Assembly (NCBI RefSeq): GCF_006345805.1
Contig: NC_043009.1
Location: 63,364,001 to 63,428,000 of the forward strand
DNA length: 64,000 bases
From: Octopus sinensis
Taxonomy: Eukaryota
Reading direction: 5' to 3'
The position numbers were made by a program, and so were the translations under genes. Shown here in pieces: positions 49,429 to 60,906 of this stretch. How positions within the stretch are numbered: the first letter of the stretch is position 1; each line of letters opens with the position of its first letter. The notes below the pieces were generated by a model that saw only the letters and a list, made by a program, of their open reading frames with translations, was not told the origin of the DNA and searched no databases.

Positions 49429-50173
49429 CTATGTATGTATGTCTATATGTATGACCTTAAACGGTCCCTCTGTTGCCCCAACATATTTCCTCTATATACG
49501 TGTCGCTCCGATGGTTAACTGGTCGACTTTACTGTTTCGTATACCACGGCTTCTGCACTGTGCTGACTGTTTACTAGAAACTCATTATAAACCCTGCATG
49601 AACATCCTGCCTCTATCTCCAAGGTAAAGGTATTGCTATATTTTTAGCGTTGGGTGAGCGACGTGTCTGCTGTCGTCCGTATTGTCTATTGGTAAAATTC
49701 GGTGCGAAACCTATGGTAACATACTGATCAATTATATGCAAAACCAGTAAAATATTGTTCAACGATATAAAAAAACAGATGTGCTTTCTTACTTATACTG
49801 AGTGTGCATATGTCTGATTTATGGACACCTAACTACTTACTCTCACATACGCTCGCGCGCACACACTACACCCACATTCATAACTTAAATTTAGAGAGGA
49901 TCCGTCCCCTCTGTCCCCCATTCTATTCTACTCTGTGACAGAAAGCGATCAAAATCTACTTTTTGCCACCCTCTTTCACTCTTTGTCCGCCTGTTTCTCT
50001 GATTTCTTCTTTTTGGTATTTCTCTCTCTCTCTCTCTCCCTCTCTCTTTCTCTCTTCCTCCCCCTCTCTTTCTCTCTGTATGTATGCATATATATGTATA
50101 CATTTATATTTGTGTGCGTGTACGTGTGCTTATACGAATGCATGTTTGTACATGTATATTTATACACACACAC

Positions 50174-50240
<67 letters not shown>

Positions 50241-50339
50241 ATATATATATCTTATACACATACACATATGCATATATGAATGTACATACTTATATATATG
50301 TATATATGTATGCATATATATAGATATATATATATAATA

Positions 50340-50378
<39 letters not shown>

Positions 50379-50384
50379 TTCTCT

Positions 50385-50420
<36 letters not shown>

Positions 50421-50534
50421 ATATTGGCCGCTCGCTTAGCCAGCGGGGTGGCGTCATTCGAAGGCTAAAACAATGCGAACGCATTGGTGACCAGCGATGT
50501 GTAACTACATCTGATGGACTGTCGGTCACGTGAT

Positions 50535-50574
<40 letters not shown>

Positions 50575-50957
50575 CTACAGTTATCGCCCGGCGTTGCTCA
50601 GGTTTCTAAGGGAAATAACTATAAAGCATTTTTAGAGAGTTATAGCCAAAATATAGCAAAAAAATGGAAAGAGAAATGATGGTAAATTTTTTTTTTGAGA
50701 GTTAAAAAAGGTGGAGTTGCGTCCCCTAGACGTCTGTGGTTGGGTTTCTAATTCTCGACCCCATGTCGAATTTATCGATTTTTTTCAGAACTGGGGGAAC
50801 TTTTCAAAATTTTCGCTGCGTTAGTTTTGAATTATGACATTGGGCTATGTGTGTGTCAAGTTTCATCAGAATCGGTTGAAAGCCGTGGTCAGAGTGAGGT
50901 ACGAGAAACAGACACACAGAAAACGCACAGACAAACTGCCGTTTATATAGAGAGAGA
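50575..50957 (-). mobile_element. Non-autonomous Helitron (same 3' terminus family as 47060-47574)
   Basis: A|TCTCTCTCTATATAAAC 5' end. 3' end TTATTTCCCTTAGAAACCTGAGCAACGCCGGGCGATAACTGTAG|T. Confidence 0.8.
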
Positions 50958-51014
50958 TTATATATTATATATATATATATTATACATAATATATATATAT
51001 AATATATATATATT

Positions 51015-51057
<43 letters not shown>

Positions 51058-51624
51058 CATATATATATACATATATATATATAGGCACACGCGCACGCAG
51101 TCCAGAGACATGCAAGTGGTGTCATATGCAGACAGACACAGAAAATATGGTTAATATGTTTGTCATTCACTCTTTGCCAGCCTTTGCCTAAGCCTAAAGG
51201 AATATGCGTGTGTTTATGTGTGTTTGTGAATGTGTGTATGAGGGGAAAGCAGAGTACGATGTATGTGGGAATCTTTTAGAAAGACTTATGTGACTTGATA
51301 AAAAAAAGAAACATGAAAGAGAACTGGAGAAGGACGGGTCGGACATACATTCCTACAGAGAGAGAGAAATAGCTATAGACAGCCAGGCGCGCAACTGATA
51401 AGGTTCCTGGGTGAAATTAATATATACAACTGATATGAAAGCGAGGTAGTGGTGTTGTCGTCGTCAGACAGGGTCAGTTTAAAAGGTTCAATCGTTATAT
51501 CTCAATTTCTGGAGTTCCACAATTGTTTCTCTTAACACGGCTGTCATTTTGACCCAGCTGGCAAAGCACGAGATCACTATTTTCTGGTTGCTTTTTTTTC
51601 TTCTGGTCGTGTCACAATCCCCAG

Positions 51625-51653
51625 ACAGTCTCAACAAGGGTTTTGACGAATCA
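51625..51653 (+). CDS. Candidate 29-nt micro-exon (phase 1-0)
   Basis: Acceptor cttttttttcttctggtcgtgtcacaatccccag and donor TCA|GTAAGT. Reads (D)SLNKGFDES if spliced to 41369. Confidence 0.3.
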
Positions 51654-52731
51654 GTAAGTAAATAAATAGATGCCCAAATAATTAGGATGCTGGTTAGCCG
51701 GTTTCAGAGGTGTTTTCTTGACAAGCATGAAATAAAATTCTTCAGCTTACAATCCTAACTGAAGATAGATTAGCAAGAAGGTTTAAATGTCAGCTGTAAA
51801 CGGATTGCTACAGAATGAGACTGCCACACATCCGGTATAGGATTTATGAGGGTTTCCTGAACTATCCAAGTTTTCTTTTTCGGTACAACTGGAGAAGAGA
51901 CACAGTAAAGGATAAAGGATCTGACTTTAAGCTGAAAATGGATCCGGAGTTAATATTTGTCGCATGTGTTTGAATTCGGGTATTTTGTTATGAATGTTAA
52001 TAGAACATATTATTCTAGCTACATTATCGAGGATCACCTAACAAGAGACTGGAAATATTTCTGAAAACTCCTACTGTTCTCTCCAGAGAAGTAGTTGACA
52101 CTCATAACAGTTCAAGACGTGATGCCCGTTAACAAGTATTTAGAATGGTGTTGAGAATAGATTTTATGAAAACATAGACGTAGTTACAAAGAAAAGAAGT
52201 TTTTAACCATAAATATTGGTTTCAAAGGTCAGCGATTTCGGGGAAAGGTCTAAGTCGATTATGTCGACCCAGTGTTCCCAAAGTCGATCTCGGCGGAATT
52301 TGAACTCAAAACGTAAAGATGGATGAAATGCCGCTATTTTGCCCGAGGTGGAAGCAATTCTGTTAACTCGTATTCTTATATAGGTCTAAATATTGGCTGG
52401 AAATAGAACTGAAATAAAATCGACCATTTTCTACAGCACCGTTGTTGTGGGGAGAGATAAGGATATGGTTTTGAGCTATCATCTTAAATATGTAGTATTC
52501 TGTGCTGTCCATCAACAATTATTGCAGGGCAAGCATTTTACTGTACGACCATTATCAAACAATATATGGTCACTATCTATCAGATAGTGTATAACCATCA
52601 ATAGTTAACTTCTGATTACCAACAGTCAGCGTATGGCTCTCAGTTTATGTATGAACACTATCATCCAGTGCATGGCCATAAAACAGTCAATGTATGACCA
52701 ACTGGTTAAATGACTAACCAATTGACTAGCA

Positions 52732-52909
52732 ATCGATCGGTTGTTTGTCTGTCAAAGTTCTTTCGTTGCTGTTCGCAAACTTTTCAGTGACTCGTGACTC
52801 CCAACTCGCTCCAAAGTCTGCTTTGTCTATCTGAGAGTTGGTCTTATAAGAGTCAAGGGTGCGAACACCAACAACAGAACTTTACCGGACAAACAAACGA
52901 CCGATCGAT
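52732..52909. mobile_element. MITE-like fold-back with ~47-50-bp imperfect inverted ends
   Basis: ATCGATCGGTTGTTTGTC...TTCGCA pairs with TGCGAA...GACCGATCGAT. Followed by AACCCTAACCCTAACC. Confidence 0.65.
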
Positions 52910-53667
52910 AACCCTAACCCTAACCAACACATTAAACAAACGATTGATTCTTTAATTGATTAGTTGGTTTGATACTTAACAAATTGACTAATAATACAGA
53001 AGAGGAATTGAACTGTGTGTGTGTGTGTGTGTGTTATTATTATTGGCGCAATGACTCTCCCAAAACGCAACTGAACTTGTTTCAAGACTCGAATTAACAT
53101 CAAGAACCTTGCAAGCCAAACACAAAAATAAAATAAACTTCCTAAAGTACATGTCATTCCACGTTTCCTGAAATGTGTTTCCTTTGAGCAAAAATGGTTT
53201 ATTTTTGTTTAAAAGTAAACCGAATGCGTTTTCACAGGCAAAACGGAACTGAAAATCTAAACTAAAAAGTGCAGCACTTCACTAATTGCAAACACATGTA
53301 TAATTACTCCAGTCAAGGTTTCCCTCCCATTTTAATAAACCCTCGTTACACTTTCTACGGGGTTAAAAACCTGAATAGCTAATTGATTAAATATTTCGTT
53401 TATTCTTTTACTTGTTTCACTCATTTGACTGCGGCTATGCTGCAGCACCGCCTTTAGTCAAGCATATCAACCCCAGGACTTATTCTTTGTAAGCCTAGTA
53501 CTTATTCTATTGTTTTTTTGCCGAAACGTTAAGTAATGGGGACGTAAACACACCAACATCGGTTATCAAGCGATGTTGGTGGGGGGGGAACAAACACAGA
53601 CACACAAATATATACACACACATACATATATATGTGTGTATGTATGTTATATATATATATATGTATG

Positions 53668-53717
<50 letters not shown>

Positions 53718-53807
53718 GATATGTAGGTCCCGGGTTGATTCGGGGTTAACCACAGTAAATAAGGTACTCAATACATAGCAGAGTAAAATTAATTTATTAT
53801 ATAGAAG

Positions 53808-53860
53808 GAGCTTCTACAGGACTAGAACTGTTTCATTCAAGAGAAATCTTCAGGAAGCTC
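53808..53860 (-). ncRNA. Type I hammerhead ribozyme motif (mirror copy)
   Basis: Exact reverse complement of 53864-53916. Confidence 0.7.
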
Positions 53861-53863
53861 AGG

Positions 53864-53916
53864 GAGCTTCCTGAAGATTTCTCTTGAATGAAACAGTTCT
53901 AGTCCTGTAGAAGCTC
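53864..53916 (+). ncRNA. Type I hammerhead ribozyme motif
   Basis: GAGCTTC-CTGAAGA-T TTC TCTT GAA T-GAA-ACAG TTCTAGTC CTGT-A-GAAGCTC. 7-bp stem I and GUA at 53907-53909. Confidence 0.7.
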
Positions 53917-53920
53917 CTTC

Positions 53921-53965
<45 letters not shown>

Positions 53966-54207
53966 GTACGGCGGGCTTCTTTCAGTTTCCGTCTACCAAA
54001 TCCACCCACAAGGCTTTGATCGGCCCGAGGCTATAAGAGAAGATACTTGCCCAAGGTGCCACGCAGTGAGACTGAACCCGAAACCATGTGGTTGGTAAGC
54101 AATCTACTTACTACACAGCCACTCCTGCGCCTAAACATTTCATTTCTATATCTTCATTCTATATAATATAGATAACTAATATATTTAGTAAATAGTTACT
54201 TAAGCGT

Positions 54208-54325
54208 GGAGACGCAATGGCCCAGTGGTTAGGGTAGCTGCTCGCGGTCGTAGGATCGCGGTTTCGATTCCCAGACCGGGAATTGTGAGTGTATATTGAG
54301 CGAAGACACCTAAAGCTCCACGAGC
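54208..54325 (+). mobile_element. SINE type C 5' fragment
   Basis: Head matches the other type C copies. Confidence 0.8.
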
Positions 54326-54551
54326 CTTGATCTGAGATCGTGTGTTGGAATGAAAACAATTGCAGCATTGGAAGGTGTTTATAAGCCATTTAAGAAACAC
54401 ACGAAAACTAGCACGGGATTTTGTCAGTGAACAGGTCACGGTCTCAAAGCAACGAAAATATTTTGACAAATTAAATTTAAATGTTGAAGTGAATCTAACG
54501 GTTTTTGTGTGTTTCTTAAAAATATTTGTCGTCTTATCATAAACTTATCAG

Positions 54552-55151
54552 GGCGGCGAGCTGGCAGAAACGTTAGCACGCCTGGCGAAAAGCTTTGCGA
54601 TATTTCGTCTGCTGTTACGTTGTGAGTTCAAATTCCGCCGAGGTCGACTTTGCCTTTCATCCTTTCGGGGTCGATAAATTAAGTACCAGTTACGCACTGG
54701 AGTTCGATGTAATCGACTTAATACCTATGTCTGTCCTTGTTTGTCCCCTCTATGTTTAGCTCCTTGTGGGTAATAAAGAAATAGGTATTTCATCTGCCGT
54801 TACGTTCTGAATTCAAATTCCGCCGGGTTGACTTTACCTTTCATCCTTTCGGGGTCGAGAAACTAAGTACCAGTTACGCACTGGGGTTCGATGTAATTGC
54901 CTTAATCCGTTTGTCTGTCCTTGTTTGTCCCCTCTGTGTTTAGCCCCTTGTAAATAATGTCGAAATAGCATGACTAGTAAAGAAATAGGTATTTCGTCTG
55001 CCGCTACGTTCTGAGTTCAAATTCCGCCGAGGTCGACTTTACCTTTGATCCTTTCGGGGTCGATAAATTAAGTACTAGTTGGGTACTGCAGTCGGTCTAA
55101 TCGACTGGTCAACCCCAGAAAAAATTTCGGGCCTTGTGCCTAGAGCAGAAA
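54552..55151 (+). mobile_element. SINE type A trimer
   Basis: Units restart at 54785 and 54989. Confidence 0.88.
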
Positions 55152-55468
55152 TGATTATTATAAACCTATAATTCCTTTCATTCGTTACAGAATCTCTCTG
55201 AAGATAGAGAAAATCTTTAAGGTGAAATCGAATCTCCCTAATCGATGATGTGCTGCAATGGCCGGATGGATCAATTCCTCTTGGTTTGTATTCAGCCGTT
55301 GGCTATGTAAAAGGCGATGGAGCTCGTGACTTTTAATACACAAATCTGAGGATAGAATAGGTAAAAAAATAAACTGGAATAAGTAGATATTGATGCGCTG
55401 TTTCGCTGTATAGAGTAACAGGATCGAATCCTGATACAGCAACATCAATTAACCAGCCCTGTCTCTGT

Positions 55469-55857
55469 GGGGGGGGGGGCAGCACTCCGTCGGTTACGAC
55501 GACGAGGGTTCCGGTTGATCCGATCAACGGAACAGCCTGCTCGTGAAATTAAAGTGCAAGTGGCTGAGCACTCCATAGACACGTGTACCCTTAACGTAGT
55601 TCTCGGGGATATTCAGCTTGACACAGAAAGTGACAAAGCCGGCCCTTTGAAATACAGGTACAACAGAAACAGGAAGTAAGAGTGAGAGAAAGTTGTGGTG
55701 AAAGAGTACAGCAGGGATCACCACCATCCCCTGCCGGAGCCTCGTGGAGCTTTAGGTGTTTTCGCTCAATAAACACTCACAACGCCCGGTTTGGGAATCG
55801 AAACCGCGATCCTATGACCGCGAGTCCGCTGCCCTAACCACTGGGCCATTGCGCCTC
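55469..55857 (-). mobile_element. SINE type C, full length, 12-bp TSD
   Basis: CCCTGTCTCTGT occurs at 55457-55468 and 55858-55869. Confidence 0.92.
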
Positions 55858-56045
55858 CCCTGTCTCTGTAGGCAATATTCGTACCGCAGCCTCGAAAAGA
55901 GCCCCATCGAATTAATAGGCTTGTCGACTTCTTGGGTCGCATTATGTATACAAGTGAAGTGTGGGGCACAAATATTTGCCAGAAATTCTCGTAGCTTCAA
56001 GTTTAGATTTACCAATAGATTTGCACTAGAGCTTTTCCTCCTCAC

Positions 56046-56224
56046 CAGCGGCGCAGCTAATAGGGGAGCAAAGGGAAGCACCGTTATCCCTGAGCACTTT
56101 TTTCGAAATTGGGGCCCCTTATAAAACATGTAATCAATCAGTTGGAAATCATTTGATGTGTGTCACGGTGCCTTTTTTCCTACGTGCTTCGTCCCACTAA
56201 CTTCAGAACCTGGCCACGCCCCTG
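56046..56224. mobile_element. hAT-type MITE, 179 bp
   Basis: Ends CAGCGGCGCAGCTA and TGGCCACGCCCCTG. Perfect 8-bp TSD CTCCTCAC at 56038-56045 and 56225-56232. Confidence 0.85.
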
Positions 56225-56279
56225 CTCCTCACACACACCACAAAATTACAATGTTTTCCCCCAGTCCACTAGTTCAATC

Positions 56280-56568
56280 TCTCTGACTGTTTGTCCCCTT
56301 TTCTCTCTCTTTCTCCTTCTCTCTCCCTCCATTTCCTCTCTCTCTCTCTCCCTCTCTCCCTCTTTCTCTCTCACTCACTCAATTTTTACCCCCATCTCTG
56401 TTTTACCCTCATCTTTTCTTTCTTTCTTTTCCAAGTAGTCTTTTCCCTCTGTCAATTTTTCTTTATTACTTTTCATTTCTTTTCTCTTTATCAGCAACAT
56501 TCTTCTTTTTCTTTCTTTTCCTTTCTCCGACACCAGTATCCGTCTTTTCTTTTCCTCTTTCTTCTTTT

Positions 56569-56631
<63 letters not shown>

Positions 56632-56640
56632 TCTTCTTAT
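56280..56640. repeat. Polypyrimidine / (CT)n tract
   Basis: Directly visible. Confidence 0.9.
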
Positions 56641-57118
56641 TCCATGTCCATAACATTCAACAGGATAATTTGCCTTGATTCAAGCTAAATTCCCCTCTTG
56701 CTTATTTACACAAACCTGCCGCCAGCTGTTCAAAGATATAACAACATTCCTGTCTTCTACTCTTCCATGACACACGACCTTCAACATGTAAAAGAAACAC
56801 TCATAGAACCCTAGTCTTTAAAGGAGCATATAACTCCTTAGAATCGTATCAGAGTAATGTCCCCTGTCCTATAACACTAGATAAAAAAAGTCACCAGCAG
56901 TAAAAGAACATGGACAATATTATTTATGTATATAGAAGTTATTTTTAGGCAATCTGGCCTCCTGCGATTTACGTCTGTTTTATTTGAAATACTTATAAGA
57001 CAGCTTCTGTAAACTTACATGATTTCTGAACGGAAATGTTCTGAGAACGAAGAGGAATTAATTTTAATATAGTTTTTTTTTTTTAAGTATACAGTGTAAT
57101 GATATACAACTCTCTCAA

Positions 57119-57199
<81 letters not shown>

Positions 57200-57200
57200 G

Positions 57201-57288
<88 letters not shown>
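57119..57288. repeat. (TATC)n array
   Basis: Directly visible. Confidence 0.97.
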
Positions 57289-57539
57289 CACACATACATG
57301 TGTGTGTCTGTGTGCTCGACGTATAACCTTATTTTAAAAACTTGTGTGTGTTCCTTTATGAAAGAAAACATTGAAGTGGAGTCATGCTATTTCGACAACA
57401 TTTCTTTGTTAGTAGCGACTTTCCTTGGTTATAGAGACAGACCACAGACTTTATACAAAAATCAAGTCTATAGAGTATATTGTCGAATTTTTAGTGTATA
57501 TACACATATACCTATATATATATAAATAATATACACACA

Positions 57540-57929
57540 GGCGTAGGAGTGGCTGTGTGGTAAGTAGCTTGCTTACCAACCACATGGTTCCTAGTTCAGT
57601 TCTACTGCGTGGAACCTTGGGCAAGTATCTTCTACTATAGCCTTGGGCCGACCAAAGCCTTGTGAGTGGATTTGGTAGACGGAAACTGAAAGAAGCCCGT
57701 CCTATGTGTGTATATGTTTGTGTGTCTGTGTTTGTCCCACCACCACATCGCTTGACAACCGATGGTGGTGTTTTTACGTCCCCGTAACTAAGCGGTTCGG
57801 CAAAAGACACCGACAGAATAAGTACTAGGCTTGCAAAGAATAAGTCCTGGGGTCGATTTGCTCGACTAGATGCGGTGCTCCAGCATGGCCACAGTCAAAT
57901 GACTGAAACAAGTAAAAGAGTAAAAGAGT
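57540..57929 (+). mobile_element. SINE type B, full length
   Basis: Head, core and tail as in 33968-34377. Confidence 0.9.
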
Positions 57930-58135
57930 ACACGTGTATATGTGTGTGTGTGTGTGTGTGTACGTGATAAGAAAATGAGATGACAAAGGAATAAGCGATT
58001 ATCTTATGTACTTCATTAGCTTACAGATGTTTCTGCTATAAGATGCAATGGAGTCCTCATCATAGATGAGTACCTAAGTAACACTCTATAGCATCATCGG
58101 AGACGCGAATATCAAATACTATTTATTTCGGAAAA

Positions 58136-58198
<63 letters not shown>

Positions 58199-58199
<1 letters not shown>

Positions 58200-58396
58200 C
58201 CTTAAATCCTTAAAAATGTTTCGGCCCGAATGCTGTGGCCATGCTGGGGCAGCACCGTTGTAACAAAGTGTAACGCTTACAGCACCTAGGTTTCCCAAGC
58301 GGTCACTCATCTAAGTACTAACTAGACTCGACGTTGCTGAAATTCGCTGATCGGACGAGAACTGGTGCTTTCAACGTGATGTGGCCGGCCGTAAGC
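58199..58396 (-). mobile_element. 5S rRNA-derived retroposon (candidate SINE3): full 5S head plus CR1-like tail
   Basis: 58396-58275 reads GCTTACGGCC...CACGTTGAAAGCACCAGTTCTCGTCCGATC...GTTAGTACTTAGATGAGTGACCGCTTGGGAAACCTAGGTGCTGTAAGC. It is followed by GGTGCTGCCCCAGCATGGCCACAGCATTCGGGCCGAAACATTTTTAAGGATTTAAGGA. Confidence 0.85.
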
Positions 58397-58413
58397 ATTA
58401 CCATGAACCAGGC

Positions 58414-58458
<45 letters not shown>

Positions 58459-58717
58459 CGTGTGTGTGTGTATATATAAAATACAAAAAGGGACAACAGA
58501 ACATCCAGATAGACGATACAAAGAAAACAAGGTGGGTCATTCGGAGTTTTCTTTCTTCAGTCAAGCACCAGATTATCCTCGCAATTTCGGCTGATTATTC
58601 TTGAGATTGCTCCAATCTGGTCAGCTCCAAGGCCAGATGGATGTCTATCTGGATGTTTTGTTGTCCCTTTTTGTATCACCTAGCTGTCCGGATGTTCTGC
58701 GTTCTTGTCCCATTTTG

Positions 58718-58760
<43 letters not shown>

Positions 58761-58943
58761 TTTAGCGATGTGTCAACTTGTATTAAATGTGAAAGTATTG
58801 TTTTCGTTCTTTAGTTGTCTTGTTTGTATGTACATGTACAAACGTGCACTCACACAACACATACACACAAATAATATACATACACCCAAGCCAGGCTATC
58901 ATGAAAACGGGCATTGAACGAAGATGATGATTCGCACAAACAT

Positions 58944-58993
<50 letters not shown>

Positions 58994-59930
58994 ATATATA
59001 ATTCTATTTAAAACAAATACGAACATGGCAAACTTAACCATTTTCCGTTGATTGGAAAAGGGAAGAATGGCCTAAATCAATTTTCGAACCTTATTGGGAT
59101 CTCATCAGTGGTGTTTTTCATCACTTAACTAATCCCAAATAAATAAGCAACCAATCTGTTTATACAAAAAAGTACAGTAGATCCAGAGAAGAGGAGCTAC
59201 TGATTTGCACCTTATTTTTATTTAACACTTTATATAATATCAGTCCCCGGCAACGGAGAGGCCACTCCACAGAGTGACAAGGTATGATATAACATGTAGA
59301 CCTCTGTAGAAGAGATACAAGCATGGCAAATTTAACCATTTCTTCGTAGACTGAGAAATATATAGTAACTAATGAAATGTTTCGCAAACATGACGAAAAT
59401 ATTTCCCCTGTGCAAAACAATTTGCGAGAGTGCTCAATAAAATTTTCGAGTTTAAAGCGGTTATATCATGCTATGATAAGTCTACTACTAATACGAAGAT
59501 GCTCTTTAAAAAATGTAATCAACTGAATATTGAAATAACTACGTCATACATTCCATATCTTTTTCATACATGATTTTATTTCTAGTAGTCAAACGTTCAT
59601 GGTCGCAAACGGACACGTGGTCGTTTCACAGCTTATGTGTGCCACGGAGTAGAAACCATTAAAAAATTAAGAACACAATTACTCTTAATTTGCTTTCTAG
59701 TAAGAAACTCTACTCATTGAAATATTAAAAGAGGATGTAGAACTAACCTCCAGAAATGAGCTGTTTTAGTAATTAGAGAGAGAAATCTTTCGGAATTATA
59801 ACATAAACACTTTTATTATTGCCCTAAATCGTCCTCAGACGCGATACGTTTTGAAAAGATATTTTCATTATAATTTTGAAATATTTATCCCTCTAATTAC
59901 TATAACAGGTTATTCCTGTTAGTTTTCAGT

Positions 59931-59931
<1 letters not shown>

Positions 59932-60018
<87 letters not shown>

Positions 60019-60568
60019 TACACACATACATACACACATACATACATACATACATACATACATACATACATACATACATACATACATACACACATACATA
60101 CGTATATACATACATACATGCATACAGACACACATACACACACACATACATACACACACACATACACATACATACATACATACATACATACATACATACA
60201 TACACACATGCATGCATACATACATACATACATACATACATACATACATACACACATACATACATACATACATACATACGTATATACATACATACATGCA
60301 TACATACATACATATATATATACATACATACATACATGCATACATACATACGTATATACATACATACATACATACATACATACACACATACATACATACA
60401 GACATACATACATACATACGTATATACATACATAAATACATACATACATACATACATACATACGTATATACATACATACATACATACATATATACATACA
60501 TACATACATACATGCATACATACAACGTATATACATACATACATACATACACACATACATACATACAG

Positions 60569-60601
<33 letters not shown>

Positions 60602-60906
60602 CATACATACGTATATACATACATACATACATACATACATGCATACATACATATATACATACATACATACATACATACATACATACGTATATACATACAT
60701 ACATACATACATACATACGTATATACATACATACATACATACATACACACATACATACATACACACATACATACATACATACATACATACATACATACAT
60801 ACACACATACATACACACATACATACATACATACATACATACACACATACATACATACATACATACATACATACATACATACATACACACATACATACGT
60901 ACATAC
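59932..60906. repeat. ~1-kb compound (CA)n/(CATA)n array
   Basis: Directly visible. Source of the 190-360 aa pseudo-ORFs. Confidence 0.97.

Larger units (their letters stand above)
53400..54132 (-). mobile_element. SINE type B interrupted in its (TA)n tract by an insertion (~53715-53945)
   Basis: The 3' half lies at 53400-53620 and the 5' half at 53965-54132. Confidence 0.85.

Noticed and set aside
55190-55222. Acceptor at 55189 giving NLSEDRENL* as a possible terminal exon
   Set aside because: No supporting evidence beyond the acceptor, and it is too short to assess.
58275-58396. Functional 5S rRNA gene
   Set aside because: Solitary copy with an insertion, altered box A and box C regions, no immediate oligo-T terminator and a LINE-like tail. 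A retroposed copy is more likely.
59065-59115. Minus-strand CTGATGA-GATCC..GGTTC-GAAA
   Set aside because: Stem I cannot form and stem III is weak.
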